A stretch of DNA of 64,000 nt, from NCBI GenBank assembly GCA_963713605.1, contig CAVQMO010000010.1, positions 384,001 to 448,000 on the forward strand, written 5' to 3'. The translations under genes and the position numbers were made by a program. Below the pieces are notes generated by a model, which saw only the letters and a list, made by a program, of their open reading frames with translations, was not told where the DNA came from and searched no databases. Below, piece by piece: positions 35,143 through 47,263 of the stretch; the stretch's first letter is position 1; each line of letters begins with the position of its first letter. The stretch comes from an uncultured Nitrososphaerales archaeon. Lineage in GTDB: Archaea > Thermoproteota > Nitrososphaeria > Nitrososphaerales > Nitrososphaeraceae.

Positions 35143-35925
35143 CTAGCTCTGCTCACCTTGGACAGTTGCTGTAAACCTTACTGATTCATTAGAACCGGGA
35201 GTTAATGGGGACTTAATATCATCTACTGTGATCGTTATTCCACCGCTATAATTAGGATCTAACATAACCCTCATAGGAGCTCTGCCTGCAGTCAAAGTTT
35301 GATCCATTTTGTTCCACAATTCATTCCCTTTATCGTCATAAATTGTTATGTCAAAACTATCTACCGGCATTATGGGCTCTACCGTAGAGAGATTGGATAC
35401 CTCGCTAGTGATTGATCGCTCGAAATCCATGGTCAGATTACTGTTATTGCCCTGCATCGTCTGAGGAGTTGCTTCTGGTGAGCTAGCATTTAGAAACAAT
35501 AATTCCATATCGAAACCGTCTTTTGATAGGATAGCTGGGGACTGAATATCCACAGGCGAGCTCCAGCGAAGCTCTACCTTGTAAGTACCTTTGTCAGACA
35601 CCTCTGTTATGATAGGTAGTCTAGGTGAACTGGTCAGATTCTCGGTAGTTCCCGAGCTGTTCTCTTGCCCTAAGTCTCCCGGCTCATTCGTCTGGCTCAT
35701 AGAACTTGATAAGTTAATGTTACTGTTGTTCAACGATTTATCGCCCGTAGTGTCCTCCTGAGCTAATAAGGAAGTCGTGTAGCCTAACTGATTGACTGTT
35801 ACCGCAGTAATCACAACATACAGCGCGATAAAAAAGGAACACTTTAGACATTTAATAAGCGACAGAAACGGGTATTTGACGGGCCAATTTGCAGCAATAT
35901 CATCGTTTAAGCCGATTTTTGACAT
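35143..35925 (-). CDS. Membrane-anchored or secreted hypothetical protein
   Basis: N-terminal hydrophobic helix, S/T/N-rich linker, beta-rich domain. Confidence 0.7.
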   Translation of the reverse strand: MSKIGLNDDIAANWPVKYPFLSLIKCLKCSFFIALYVVITAVTVNQLGYTTSLLAQEDTTGDKSLNNSNINLSSSMSQTNEPGDLGQENSSGTTENLTSSPRLPIITEVSDKGTYKVELRWSSPVDIQSPAILSKDGFDMELLFLNASSPEATPQTMQGNNSNLTMDFERSITSEVSNLSTVEPIMPVDSFDITIYDDKGNELWNKMDQTLTAGRAPMRVMLDPNYSGGITITVDDIKSPLTPGSNESVRFTATVQGEQS

Positions 35926-36543
35926 GTTAAAATATTTTTAGCACAATAGGATATAACCATTTATTATCTTTGATCTCTTTCCTCTTCTCTCTCGGAAGAA
36001 TCGATCCTCAAGATATCGCGGCAACTAAATATCTGAAGTTACGTTTAGGCATAAATCTGCATATCCGTAACCCTAGTCAAATCTCAATTTAATTACTGAA
36101 ATTTCAAAGTTATATGCTCCGCCTATTCTTTGCCTCGTAACGCTAATCTTCTGCACTCAGCATTTCGTACGAAAGTGTCTGTACAATTCATATATTCAAT
36201 ACTTCCAACGCTCTCCTATACCCCTCTCTCGAAGTGCTTATGTTGAACAAGATCGTCCTGATTTTAACACTGCTTTCCACACATGTCACAGGTAAACAGT
36301 TTCATAGCTGTAAAGTAAATAGTGAGCGATTAATGTAGGGTAGACGGGCGGAAATGCTACGTCGGAGAAGACCTAATATTTATTACCTACAGCAAGATCT
36401 TACAATTATACATTGACTCAAAATTAATTTTGCTCATTACTCTTGATTCTTCCCTATCAGCCTAGAATCATAAAAGCTCACGAAAGAGATCTCTTCATGC
36501 GCTTCTACAGGACGCTTAGACACGATGAACTTCACGATATAGT

Positions 36544-37407
36544 TTAATCATTCCTTCTGTTACTCCTTGAAGAAGATGATGGTCGCTCCAAACTTGCCTT
36601 CAAAGCTGATATCAAATCTTGTGCTTGCTGAGGCTCCTTGGTTACTTGTCTAACCACGCGGACCTTCCCTTTTGCCTTTGCATTTATTAGCTTTTCTAAT
36701 TCTTCTGTATATTCATCATGGTAACGGGAAATATCAAAATCTTTAGTCGTTAAGTTTTCTACTAACAAATGGCCTAAGGATCTTTCTTTTTCGTCAATCG
36801 AAGGAACTTTGGTCTCTGATATCTCCGTGATTGCCTCAAGAGGTTTTAATTCACTCAAGTAGTGAAGTGTGTGCAGGACAAGTCCCCTTTGATAGGCTCT
36901 TATAGCAACTAAGTGCTCTTTTTCCCCCCTTAAGACTACCTTACCGATTGCAGCCTTTTTTGTATCATGTAAAACTTTCACTAGCAGGGAATAAGCTTTG
37001 TCTTGAACGGCTGGTGCAGAATTGCCCTTTAACTTCTTTCTCCCTCTCTTATCCGTTGAGTCAGGCGCTATGTAATAGCTCTTCTCTACAAACAATGGGT
37101 CAAGCTCTTGTTCATCGATAAATTCTTTAATATCTATGGTCCTTGTGCTTTCGACAGCAATTTTTTCTAAATCTTGTTTTTCAATTACTACATACTGGTC
37201 CTTGGCGATTTCATATCCTTTCTTTATTTCAGAATATGCTACTTCCCTTTCTTCGACTGGACACCATTTCTTATATTGTATTCTATGTCCTTCTTTATCA
37301 AGCTGATTAAATGAAAAATCTTTTGAGGTATCGATTGTAGTGTAAAGCCTAACAGGTACATTGACTAATCCAAACGATATGCTGCCTGTCCATATAGTGG
37401 AGACCAT
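36544..37407 (-). CDS. ku: Ku DNA end-binding protein (NHEJ)
   Basis: IWTGSISFGLVNVPVRLY, KGYE, YYIAPD, AY.LL, YHDEY, DLISALKASL. Confidence 0.97.
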   Translation of the reverse strand: MVSTIWTGSISFGLVNVPVRLYTTIDTSKDFSFNQLDKEGHRIQYKKWCPVEEREVAYSEIKKGYEIAKDQYVVIEKQDLEKIAVESTRTIDIKEFIDEQELDPLFVEKSYYIAPDSTDKRGRKKLKGNSAPAVQDKAYSLLVKVLHDTKKAAIGKVVLRGEKEHLVAIRAYQRGLVLHTLHYLSELKPLEAITEISETKVPSIDEKERSLGHLLVENLTTKDFDISRYHDEYTEELEKLINAKAKGKVRVVRQVTKEPQQAQDLISALKASLERPSSSSRSNRRND

Positions 37408-37707
37408 TAGGATCAAATTAATTTGATTCTTAAGTTTAATAAATTCAGCTGTACATTTCTAGGGTTCTTCCCTCAGAGGATGAAATTGCAGAAAAATGAT
37501 TACACCTGATCTTTGATAACAAAGTTACGGAAAAATATTACTGAGATCCAAAGCATGACTTCAGATAATACCTGTGCTAGGAAACGTTGCCAGAATGGCA
37601 GTTCAAAATCATATACCCCATAGCTAGCTAGCGATTGAGCTCGGGGCCATCTCATAAGTTGAAATTATTAAATAGTATAAGTAGCAAGGACCAGCTGATC
37701 AACGTAG

Positions 37708-38208
37708 ATGTATGAAGATGCCTATGTTTATGATTCGGTTGGGAAAAAGATTGGTAAGGTCTCTAGGGTTATTAATTCAGATTATATCATAGTAAGAAAA
37801 AAAGGACTAATATCAGACGAAGAATTTCAGATACCAGTTGCTTGTGTCTCCCATTTCAATTCATCGGAAGATCATCTCTCTATCACTCTAACCATAGACC
37901 AATCGTGTCTAAAGCATGGGTTTGAGGTAATCAGTGGAGGTAGTGGCGGTGCAATTCCTTCTGCTCACGAGCCGGAGCTTATCCCAACTTCGAAGGAAAC
38001 TATACGTTACACAGTGGATGAAACACAACATGGTAACAACCAATCCAGTCTAAATGATACTAGCTTTACCAATTCCTCATCTTACATGGTTGATCGGTTG
38101 CCTCAAGATTCATCTTTCATATGTGATATGTGTTCGAAAAGACTTGACAATCAAGAAAAATTGCAAGCACATCGTGAGTTGGAGCATAATACTGCCACAG
38201 ATGTGTAA
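37708..38208 (+). CDS. PRC-barrel-like protein with C-terminal C2H2 finger
   Basis: VYDSVGKKIGKV...FQIP; FICDMC...LQAHRELEH. Confidence 0.7.
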   Translation: MYEDAYVYDSVGKKIGKVSRVINSDYIIVRKKGLISDEEFQIPVACVSHFNSSEDHLSITLTIDQSCLKHGFEVISGGSGGAIPSAHEPELIPTSKETIRYTVDETQHGNNQSSLNDTSFTNSSSYMVDRLPQDSSFICDMCSKRLDNQEKLQAHRELEHNTATDV

Positions 38209-38499
38209 TTTGCAGATATCAAGGAACCAAGTCAGTAATAATTGAAGCTTTGATTATCAATGGATATCATAGTGGCTGTCTGCTGTTGCCACTGACTAAC
38301 TGATTGGTGACGAGGGACGATTTGCTCTTCCATTGGTATTTTAGCAAGCATTTTTTACCATGCTTAATATAGTATTGACTCGAAAAATATACTATTTTCT
38401 TCCATGTTTAGCTATTTAGATTTGGTAGAATTTTTCTTTCCTCTCTAGGACTGATAACATAACTAATATGGGTGTTATCTCAAGCAACCTTAAACTATT

Positions 38500-39367
38500 A
38501 TGCCTGCTAGACTCATTGACGGAAATGCTGTTTCTGCGACTATAAGGTCCAGGCTTACAAATAGTGTTAGCGAGTTAAAGGAGAAAGGGATCTCGCCCTG
38601 TCTGGCTACAATTCTCGTAGGCAATGATCCCGCCTCTGCCGTTTATGTACAAAACAAGCAGAAGGCAGCCAAGGAGGTCGGACTAGTCACCCAAGATTAT
38701 CGGTTAAAAGAAGATCTGCAACAGAATGAGTTGGCAATTCTAATCGATACTTTGAACAACGACTCTCGTGTCCATGGAATTTTAGTGCGAGCTACCCCTT
38801 CCAAAACATATTAACGAATTCGATATAATTAACAAAATCTCGCAAAGAAAAGATGTCGATGGATTGACCTCGATTAATTCAGGTTTACTACTGCATGGCC
38901 AGGCTTCGCTGAAACCATGTACTCCATCTGGGATTATAGAATTGTTGGACTATTATGATATTGTGATTAGGTCTCAGAATGTAATATTAGTAAACAGATC
39001 CATCCTTGTAGGAAAGCCTCTAGCTTTGCTTATGCTTGAGCGTGATGCAACAGTTACAATATGTCATTCGAAATCAGTAAATTTAAATCGTCTCTTGTTA
39101 CAATCAGATATAATAATTACTGCTGTTGGGGACAGAAATAAATTCGTTCTTAAACCTGAAATGATCAAAGAAAAAGCCGTTGTAATAGATGTAGGAACTA
39201 ATAGACAATCCGGTCAATTACTCGGGGATGTGGACTTTGAATCTGTCAAAGAAAAAGCCTCTTGGATCACTCCCGTTCCAGGAGGAGTAGGTCCAATGAC
39301 CATAGCTATGCTTTTGAGTAACACCGTAACGGCTGCGCTAAATTCTGAATCTGTATCACCCGTTTAG
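38500..39367 (+). CDS. folD: Methylene-THF dehydrogenase/cyclohydrolase; +1 frame break
   Basis: LVGNDPAS..YV..K, VHGILV(Q)LPLP, KDVDG, PCTP.G, VIDVG, TPVPGGVGPMT. Confidence 0.95.
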
Positions 39368-39782
39368 CCTGCAATCTGCATAAACTATTCAGCAAAAGTG
39401 TCCTCCCTCCCCTCAGACTTTTATAAATGCCCTTTAAGCGAATGCAATAAATATCATTTTTCAGAGGGATTAAAATTTTGCCAAAAGTTTATCTCCATAT
39501 TCTGCTCAACATATTACTCAATCGAAAGAACAAAAAATTGGAGAGCGACTGGCCAATATTCTTCTGCTAGACGTATTAACGAAGATTAACTGATCGCTCC
39601 ATTTCATTTTCAGTTATTAATTCTAAAATTCTGATTGCTTCCTGCAGGTATGAGGCATATAGATGATAAACTATTCTGTAAATAGTCAACCGAAAACTAC
39701 TATCATAAATATAGAGCCGCCATAAGTTCTCCTAACTGAGTGTGAACTCAGAACGACGATTGATGTAACAGAAATTCTTACG

Positions 39783-40472
39783 GTGCTTGCTATAACCGCA
39801 TTTGCAGGTGGTACCTCCTTTGTCGGTGCTTTGATAGCACGAAAAAGAAATTTCTCTGAACAACAGGTGTTATTTTTCACGGCGTTTGGAGCAGGCATCC
39901 TGATGGCTGCAGCAGTATTTGAAATGGTCATAGAGGCTGAAACAGAACTAGGCATCGTAATTACAATATTGGCATTTTTGGGAGGAGCTATTATTTTCAC
40001 ATTAGCCGACATCATTGCAGAAAAAAAAGGTGGTGGAGCTGGGATATTGCTTGGTATCGGACTGGATTCAATACCAGAATCCCTCGCCATAGGAGCATCC
40101 ATTGCGGCTGCTGGTCCTGCAATGGCACTAGCGATTTTAATCGGAATACAGAATGTTCCGGAAGGTATTGCATCATATCGAGAAATGATGACTGGAAAGA
40201 CTGCATTCAATAATAATCCAAGGAAGGCACTCACTGCAATAGGTGTTGTATCTATAATTCCGATATTCCTTGGACTAGTGGGACTATTCTATTTGCAAGG
40301 TATGGCAGATATTATTGCTATCATCTTGGCTCTGTCCGCAGGGGGTATTTTCTATATGCTTTACTATGATATGATACCAAAAGCCCATAAAGATCGAAAG
40401 TGGCTGCCAACATTCGGCGCTGTTTTGGGTTTTATCATTGGATTTGCTATTGTAAGAACTATAGGAGGCTAG
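39783..40472 (+). CDS. ZIP-family metal transporter (ZupT/GufA-like)
   Basis: Multiple TM helices; AFGAG, LDSIPES, QNVPEG, DMIPKA. Confidence 0.85.
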   Translation: MLAITAFAGGTSFVGALIARKRNFSEQQVLFFTAFGAGILMAAAVFEMVIEAETELGIVITILAFLGGAIIFTLADIIAEKKGGGAGILLGIGLDSIPESLAIGASIAAAGPAMALAILIGIQNVPEGIASYREMMTGKTAFNNNPRKALTAIGVVSIIPIFLGLVGLFYLQGMADIIAIILALSAGGIFYMLYYDMIPKAHKDRKWLPTFGAVLGFIIGFAIVRTIGG

Positions 40473-40811
40473 TGCTCTTTGAAAAGGGAATTCCATAACC
40501 GCCTTCTCAATTAACCAGTATATACCTTCAAAGATGCAATGGACCTCGTTCGGGTGTTTCTGTGTCCCCAATTAAGTGCCATAATAGATTATACTCTGCC
40601 TAATCCTATTTTGTTTATTAGGCAACAGTCATCAATTCGGCCTCAATGAAGGTACAAATGCAGTTTGAAGACTCAAATTGCTATATTCATACTCAAAGAA
40701 ATCTCAATTCGAATCTTACAAACCTGCAAGCAAATCTACATTGGTTCTTCATTTAAGCCGAAGTTACAAAGTTGTGATTTATGAAAAAAAAAGTAAGGTA
40801 AAGTAATAAGG

Positions 40812-41951
40812 TTGACTCTCGTAGCCGTTGTTAGATTTGTATTGGAAAAACAACAAGAATCAATATCATATGATAGCTATGTCAACCGATTGCAACAATT
40901 ATTGGATTCTAAAAAGATTACAATTGAACACTTCGACCATTTCAAATCAAGAGGCATCGAAATTATTCGTCCCTTAAAAGATTTCGGTTTGAGCTCTCTT
41001 GGCCGTGCATTGCCAGAAATTGTGATAGGAGCCTCATATGATTTTATTAAAAGAATGAAGATTCCATACCAAGCGACTAGCTTCTTGGTTGCAAATACTA
41101 AATCTAACATGAATGGATGGTACGTGTACAAAATTCCTGAACAGCCTAAGGGTGGACTCATTCTTTTGAGCGGGGGTAAAAGAAGGCTTGGTGATAATAT
41201 TTTTGCTTCCACACATAGAATAATCTTGGGGAGAAAAGCGATTCTAGTCAGTGCAATTAATTTAATGACTAATAAGAATAATATCTGGAATTGGCATTTT
41301 TTTGGGGATCATTTAAAGCAGGACAATGAATCACTGTATAATGATCTGGTAAAACTCGAGACCATTTTGAATCGTAATGATGACTCCCCTGACAACATGA
41401 AAAGAAATAGCCCCCATTACTACATAATAATCGCGAGATCGGAATCAACTTTTAAGAAATTAGAAATCGTTGGGAACTATTTGCAAAATAAAATTGCAGT
41501 TTTGAACCCTGAGAATAACATACACACGATTTTTGTTACTAATAAATCTGGATCTGACTTCGCTTCAAAAAGAATTGAGGAATCAAGTTTGGTTAGTTAT
41601 ATTGCTACAGGAGAAAACTTTAATCTGTATCAAGGAATGCAAGTACTAAAGCGAAAGTATGGGATTGACATGATACTAAATGACGGCGGACGTATAATGT
41701 CAGATGGAGTTAGGGGGGAAGGACTTTTGGGTGAAGAGAGAATGTCTTTAGAACCATTCCCTGGTGAGGATATCTTTCCTCCGGACAAGTACATCGATCC
41801 TACAACAGTAGCTGGATCACAAGGTCTAGGTTTAGACGGTAGTGAGATAGAAGGATCCATCTTATTACACTCAATCGACATTGAGGATGAGAAATTGAAC
41901 GTATATATTTACCCCTTGGAGGAACGTAAAGTACTGCAAAGTCAAGGATGA
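40812..41951 (+). CDS. Hypothetical protein, possibly a divergent RibD-C/reductase fold
   Basis: Long ORF; ILNDGGR resembles the RibD-C EGG motif, which is weak support. Confidence 0.55.
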   Translation: MTLVAVVRFVLEKQQESISYDSYVNRLQQLLDSKKITIEHFDHFKSRGIEIIRPLKDFGLSSLGRALPEIVIGASYDFIKRMKIPYQATSFLVANTKSNMNGWYVYKIPEQPKGGLILLSGGKRRLGDNIFASTHRIILGRKAILVSAINLMTNKNNIWNWHFFGDHLKQDNESLYNDLVKLETILNRNDDSPDNMKRNSPHYYIIIARSESTFKKLEIVGNYLQNKIAVLNPENNIHTIFVTNKSGSDFASKRIEESSLVSYIATGENFNLYQGMQVLKRKYGIDMILNDGGRIMSDGVRGEGLLGEERMSLEPFPGEDIFPPDKYIDPTTVAGSQGLGLDGSEIEGSILLHSIDIEDEKLNVYIYPLEERKVLQSQG

Positions 41952-42327
41952 AGATCTATTGAAAGTATTAGGTAATCTAGATTATGGTATTAAATAACAA
42001 AATTCTGGTCGAATTTCCTCCCTATCCCTCAGCCCAAAATTGCTCTTGACTATTGTTTTTCGACCTTAATTACAGTAATTAGAGCTATATGGAAGACAAG
42101 CTTTTGATAAATGGAAGACTTTCCTCAGTCTTCAGTCATCTATGTGGACGTTTTAGTATCCTATTAACTCAAGATCAAACGCATTGGGAACATTGAAGAT
42201 TTGATATATGTCGTACAGTCAGAATGTTTGTGCTATTGTCTTCAAAACCACTATTTGTAGGCCGAATAACAAGAAATGAGAAAGGATGATAAAACTAATG
42301 AATAGAACTAAACAGAGGATTAAATAT

Positions 42328-43621
42328 ATGAAAAGGAAGAAACTTAACGATACCAGTGTTAGCCCAACCATGGATAATCATAACACTATTGAAAACGTAC
42401 TGAGTACTTCAAGGCGGCGGATCTTTGGGGGCTTTTAGCTGTGGAGTATTCAAAGCTATCGCAAAGTACAATATCAAAATAGATATTATTGCAGGTACTT
42501 CTATTGGTGGCATAAACGCTGCGATTATAGCTGGAAGCAAAGATGAAAAACACCCAGAAGAAGCATTGGAGCGCTTCTGGTTAGAGTTATCAGAGAGCTT
42601 TGTGGACTTGGATCAAATAGTGCCTCCTCCTTCAATTTCTGTCCCGGAATTTGTGGAAAAGTCGCTTCTACTCCCGTCTAAGTATTTGTATAGTGGTAAT
42701 GTCTCATCCTCGACCCCCATCGCAAAAGATAACCTATCAAGACTGGATGACCGCGAAAATAATATAAAGATGAGGCAAATTCGATCCTTCTACAGCTCGG
42801 CCATATTTGGGAATGAGAAAATGTTTAGACCAAGATGGAGGCAGGAAACTGCTCTATCAGATCCAGAGTTTTTCACGCCACAAAACTGGACTTATATGTA
42901 TGACCATACTCCCCTGGTGAAAACCTTAGAAAACTATATCGACTACGATAAATTAAGACCCGACGGAAATCCTAACTCACGTTTGATATTAACAGCAGTA
43001 AATATCCTAAATGCAGAACCTTTAACATTTGACAGTTCAAAGGAACAAATAACACCTAAGCACATACTTGCCACTTCAGCTTACCCTTTATACAACTTTC
43101 GTTGGGTGGAGGTCAAAGAAGGAATATATTCCTGGGATGGAAGTCTGCTTAGTAATACTCCGTTAAGGGAGGTAATAGATGCTTCACCTGTAAATAACAA
43201 GCGGATATTTATTGTTGAAAATTATCCAAAAAAAGTTGATCAGCTCCCGAAGAACTTGCCTGAAGTCTATCATAGAGCAAGAGATATTATATTTTCAGAT
43301 AAAACCGAGCATAATGTAACAATGTCAAAAGTAATTACGATGTACCTAAAGTACATCGACGAACTCTACCAAATGATCGAAGATCATATCGATTTGTCAA
43401 AAATCGATCAAGAACAACTCAAAAAAATTCGCCATAAATATGAGAAGATCAAGCGTGAGCGTGGAGCTGAAATAAAGGATATCTTGTACATAACACGCGA
43501 TGAACCTTTCCCCCATATCTACGAGAATGCAGATTTCTCTCCCCAAACGATAAAAGCTTCGATCAGAGAGGGCGAGATGAAGACTCTTAAAATGTTAAAA
43601 AGGCGGGCGAATCGAAGCTAA
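42328..43621 (+). CDS. Patatin-like phospholipase/esterase; +1 frame break
   Basis: LVLQGGGSLGA (restored by removing one base near 42403), GTSIG nucleophile, WDG catalytic Asp, SNTPL. Confidence 0.9.
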
Positions 43622-43784
43622 AAGAGCGTATAGTATGAATGAAATGGATGCGATTCTATCGTTAATGATTTATTTCTCTGCTCTTGCCTGAATTTCATCT
43701 CATTTCTTGATACCCCCTAGTTTAGAAAATTAATCGTCAAACGGCTCGGAATTCTTTTTTATGGTGCTAAGCTGTTTGACTCAT

Positions 43785-46626
43785 CTATACAGCATCTAAC
43801 AGTTTCGCTAGATCTTGTCGACTATCAAGGATATCAGACCAACTTGATAAGAGTTTTCTGATGTTATTCTTGCCAACGATCTTTTCAGTAATGTTTAATA
43901 GCGTAAAATCTGTCGGCAAGATCTGATCTATTATCTCCCAATCAAATGGCATTGAAATGGTGGCACGTTCAATAGGTCTCACTGAAAGAACCGATGCAAT
44001 TGTCTTTCCTTTCGCATTTTGGTTGTAATCAAAGAAAATTTTTCCTCGTCTTTTAGAAGTATCCCAATCCATTGTAATCATATCGGGTCGTTTGTTCATC
44101 AGTGTTCTTCCAATGATTTCAGCAAAGCTTCTTGCCTGGTGATATGTGTAATTCGAAGAAATAGGTACAAAAATATGAATTCCCGTTTTACCCGAAGTTT
44201 TAACGTACGATTTGATTTTCAATTTGTCAAAAATCTCAGATTTTAGGAATAGAGCTACTTCAACTGTCTTTATAAACGCGGTACGGTTGTATTCTGGTTC
44301 CTCATTTGTGCTAGTTTCTAAGCCCGAGTAGATATATGGATCTAAATCAAAAACAACGAAATCCGGGTGATTGAGGCCACATTTTTCTTCATCTAGTGCA
44401 GTAGAATTCTTTAAGCAGGCCTCGTAGTCAACAACTCTACTATACCATGGGTGTAGTTCTATACAGCCAAGGTTTGCCAACCAAAGCAATGTTTCCTTAT
44501 TATTGCAGATCAAATAGTTGGTCAACCTCATTGCAGATTCGGAATAAAGCTTCACCGAGTCTACAAAATCTGGCTTTTCCATGTTCCAATTTTTTTGATA
44601 AAAGTGCTTACTATTGATTCCGTCAGGATATCTGCTCAAGGACAAGGGTCTGTCTTTAATCAAGGGAAGCAAGTAGCCGCTTATTTTGTCATAGTATTCA
44701 ATCAAGTCTCCCTTCGTTATCTCATGGTGGTAACGACTCTTCGGCCAAAAAACCTTATCTAGGTTAGAAAAGCTATACTTCATACTATTGGCAGTTACAC
44801 TGGAAGGGGTACCAGAATTTAGCAATTGTGATGTCGACCGCGAGGGCGATATTGATGATATTGACGATGAAATAGATGATGCTACCGAAAGCTCATTAGA
44901 ATTTTGTGGTTTTACGTTTGATAGCTCTTCTACATGTTTAGGCTTTTCAAGAGTGCACTCCTGAGGCTTCTTGTCGTCTCTAACCCTTAAAAATATTGGA
45001 GCCCTCATAATCTTGTCCTTTGTCCATCCGTCAAACTTAACCTCAACTACTAGAAGCGGCTTTACCCAGACTGGCTCCCTATTGGTATAAGGAATGTAAC
45101 TGACAGGACTCTCATCGATAATTATTTTTTGCAATTTATTGAAAATCTCGACGATTTGTGGGAAGTCAAATCCACTTCCAGAATGTCCAACAAAGACAAG
45201 CTCTCCTCTATCGAACACAGCAAGCAGCAGAGACCCAAAGTAGCCTTTTCTATTACCTTCACCGGGAGTATTTCCAATCACCACACAATCCTGAGTCTGT
45301 ATATTTTTGATTTTTAACCAATCATTTGTTCTAGCCCCCTGCAGATATTTGCTTTGTTTATTCTTTGCAATGATGCCCTCTAGGTTGAGTGCCATGATAT
45401 TCTCGAAAAGTTCTATGCCTTTTCCTTCAAAGGATTCTGATATCCTTATCACCTTTTCGCCGCTTCGATTCAAATTCAAATCTAGGACACTTGAAAGTAA
45501 TTCTCGCCGCTTCCACAACTCTAAATTCTCGAGGTTTTTCCCATCTAAGTATAAAATATCAAAAATGTAGAATGTAGAAGGTATTTCATTAGAAAGGTGT
45601 TGTATATCTAAACTGTTTTCTACATTCATTCTTCTCTGATGACTTTGAAAGTCTGGACGGCCCTGCTCATCTAAAACTACTATCTCTCCATCAAGCACAA
45701 TGGAATTCTTGCATCTTATGATCGAAGACGTTATGATGGATTTGATAATTTCTGGATATCTGTGACTAATGGATTTATTAGTTCTCGATTTGAGCTCAAG
45801 TATGTTTTTACTTTTGTGATAAAACAGGATAGCTCTTACTCCATCCCATTTGATTTCGAAATCCCATTTGTTATCATTAAATGGTTTATCAACTGCTGTA
45901 GAAAGCATAGGTCTTATTTTACTCGGGAAATCAGATGATGGGAGATGTTGCATTTCCATTTTGGTAGAATATAAAAGAATCCATTTCGTAATTTTTTACC
46001 TTGCTTTGGACAAGATTAGAAGTAGAATCAACTCGAGAGTTAGAAAATTCATTACTCACATTGTTTTTTTTTGTAAAAGTATTTTTTTTTGTTTGTGACA
46101 ATACAGAATTAGGCAGAGAGGATGTCAGGTCCTCTTCTGATGCGAACTCATCATTGTACTTTATCAAAAGCCACTGGTTTTCCCGGACAGTTCTAATTAA
46201 TGAGAATTTACCATTTACCTTGTTCCCATGTAAACTAAATGTGATCTTTCCTCTATCAAAATGCTCCGAAAAGTTTTCATTAGATTTTTCTAACTTATAG
46301 AAACCAGTATCCCATACAAGAACTGTACCTGCCCCATAATTTCCCTCAGGGATCGTACCTTCAAACAAAAGATAATCGAAGGGATGGTCTTCCGTAAGAA
46401 CAGCAAGGCGTTTTATTTTGGGATTGAGAGAAATCCCTTTTGGCACGGCCCATGATTTTAGAACGCCATTTTCATCTTCGAGTCTAAAGTCATAGTGCAA
46501 TCTTCTAGCATTATGCTTCTGAATGACAAAGTGCCTTCTGATATCCTTCTTTTGTCCATTAGTGGGAGTTCCAACAGGTTCAGGAGTCTCCGCAAAGTTT
46601 CGTTTCCTATTATATTTTTCAAGCAT
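43785..46626 (-). CDS. ligD: LigD (phosphoesterase-ligase-primase/polymerase); +1 break between PE and ligase
   Basis: PE: FVIQKH.ARRLHYDFRLE, SWAVPKG, EDHP. Ligase: EIKWDG, EGIIAK, WLKIK. Pol: FDLDP, KTSGKTGIH, FFDY. Confidence 0.93.
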
Positions 46627-47263
46627 GCACTAAATCTAGCCTTTACGTGCTACCTTAATTATTAGGCAGTATGATATTTTTGGATTTGCGTTGTTACATA
46701 GACTTATTCTGTTTACATTAATTATCTTAGCTTCTCGTGCCTTTCGACCCTCTTAATAACTATTAGCGCTTGTGCTGCATTATACAATTACAATTTAATA
46801 GAAGATTGAAGGGTAAAAACCCCTGAAAGGCGGCATCCGTTTCTGGCCGCATATAGAAATCTACTCGGAAACTAGAATTGAGTCTGATAATGTAGTATGA
46901 AACCTTTGGCCTGAGTCATTTACACCCCGCATGTCAACGGAACTACGCATGTCAAATTCTCATTTTCCACAATTCATTCAAGGGTTCGGAATCTACGTTA
47001 AAAGCACCCAAAATACAGGCATAATACAGTAGAGGTTTTCTCGAGTTTATAGGGGTACGGTTACGACATCCTATGATTTGTGCCATCGCCATTTAGGTCA
47101 GGAAACTACCTGTCCACTTTATTATCAAATAAGTCGATCCAATAAATACCGTTCAAAGAATTTAGCATGTTCTTCCTACAAGGAATTACTACGCAACATT
47201 TGAACAATATTGCAAAATTGCGAAGTTGAGATGAATGTATGAATGTGTAGCTAAAGTATACTT

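Noticed and set aside
38780..38800. Programmed +1 frameshifting in folD and other split genes
   Set aside because: No common slippery or stimulatory motif; sequencing error is simpler.
39686..40234. 182-aa minus-strand ORF
   Set aside because: Antisense shadow of the ZIP transporter; the same applies to most overlapping ORFs in the track.
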